Both the position numbers and the translations under genes were made by a program. Shown here piece after piece: positions 63,208-64,000 of a stretch of 64,000 bases of DNA. Numbering within the stretch: the stretch's first letter is position 1; each line of letters begins with the position of its first letter. The notes beneath the pieces were generated by a model. That model ran no database searches. It saw only the letters and a program-made list of their open reading frames with translations, and was not told where the DNA came from. Source of the stretch: Mobula hypostoma (taxonomy: Eukaryota); NCBI RefSeq assembly GCF_963921235.1, contig NC_086123.1, positions 13,950,001 through 14,014,000 on the forward strand. The letters are read 5' to 3'.

Positions 63208-64000
63208 GTAAGTTAAATCTGTTGCCTTGAGTATATCACACATGTCACGACGAGATGGTCTCTATAGTATCCCAACAAACTGATTTTTTTTCTCTTTGTA
63301 ACTAACCAGTAATATAAAAATAACAGAGAATTCCTTTAAATCACAATGTGATGCAGCAAGGTCACTTGGGGATAGGCAGTAATTGTTGCCTTTGCCTGCT
63401 GTGCCCATTTATCCACTTGTTTTTCTTCAGACAGCATTGAATAGTAATGAGCCATTGATTAAAAATAAAAGTGCACTTTTATTTTTGGTTGCACAGTCAA
63501 TTGTCCTGAAACTGTCTCTCACAGACCAATTGTTTTAAGAACAGATGGTAATTTAAAAAATAATGAATGAATGGTTGTTAAAGCAGCACTTTAACAACCA
63601 TCCCGACTACTGCAAGATCAGTATGTTGTCTTCCCACTGTGAGCTGAGCACGATTTAATCCCCACAGCTGTGTACTTTAGTTAAATCCTGTTTTTAAAGT
63701 GTTATCTGGCTTCTAATCCATCATATTTGAGAATGTTTCATTCAAAAGAACTAAATTGTGGAAACTGGGTCTTGGTCTCTGGAGGTTCAGACTATTACTG
63801 CAAAGTTAAGGTGGCAGAGGGTCAGTAAGTTACAAAATAGATTCGTGGTTTGTCTCTGAATTTAAGCCTCTGGAATAATGGGGAAAACTGAGCTCCTTGT
63901 CTGAACAATTCAATTTAGCCTTTGCATCATGAGCCTTTCCACAAAATTAAGCTTCATGTAGAAAAGGTTACTGCTTTACATCTTTTCACAGCAGCAGAGT

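Overview
Eukaryotic (vertebrate) genomic DNA. The repeat landscape (CR1, L2/Rex, Penelope-like elements, V-SINE-like elements) suggests a cartilaginous fish, probably a ray; this is inference. Three spliced genes were reconstructed by hand with GT-AG sites and consistent phases: complete IQCD/DRC10 (+, 4 coding exons, 437 aa), complete RITA1 (-, 2 coding exons, 288 aa) and the first 13 coding exons of DDX54 (+, runs off the window). There are two CpG islands. The one at ~10.5-11.4 kb carries an RFX X-box and, by human synteny only, probably the divergent TPCN1 start. The one at ~35.1-36.4 kb is the RITA1/DDX54 bidirectional promoter and includes a 35-bp minisatellite. The rest is intron or intergenic DNA dense in mobile elements. 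I found no convincing wholly new multi-gene system. The most notable observations are: (i) minimal type I hammerhead ribozyme motifs in a Penelope-derived repeat family, with one copy that has an intact core; (ii) a 107-bp RITA1 exon fragment captured inside one such repeat, giving a chimeric ORF; (iii) a decayed duplicate of the IQ-motif exon in IQCD intron 3; (iv) two LLWSP RBPJ-binding-type motifs in RITA1; (v) an out-of-frame uORF on a YY1-type site upstream of DDX54.
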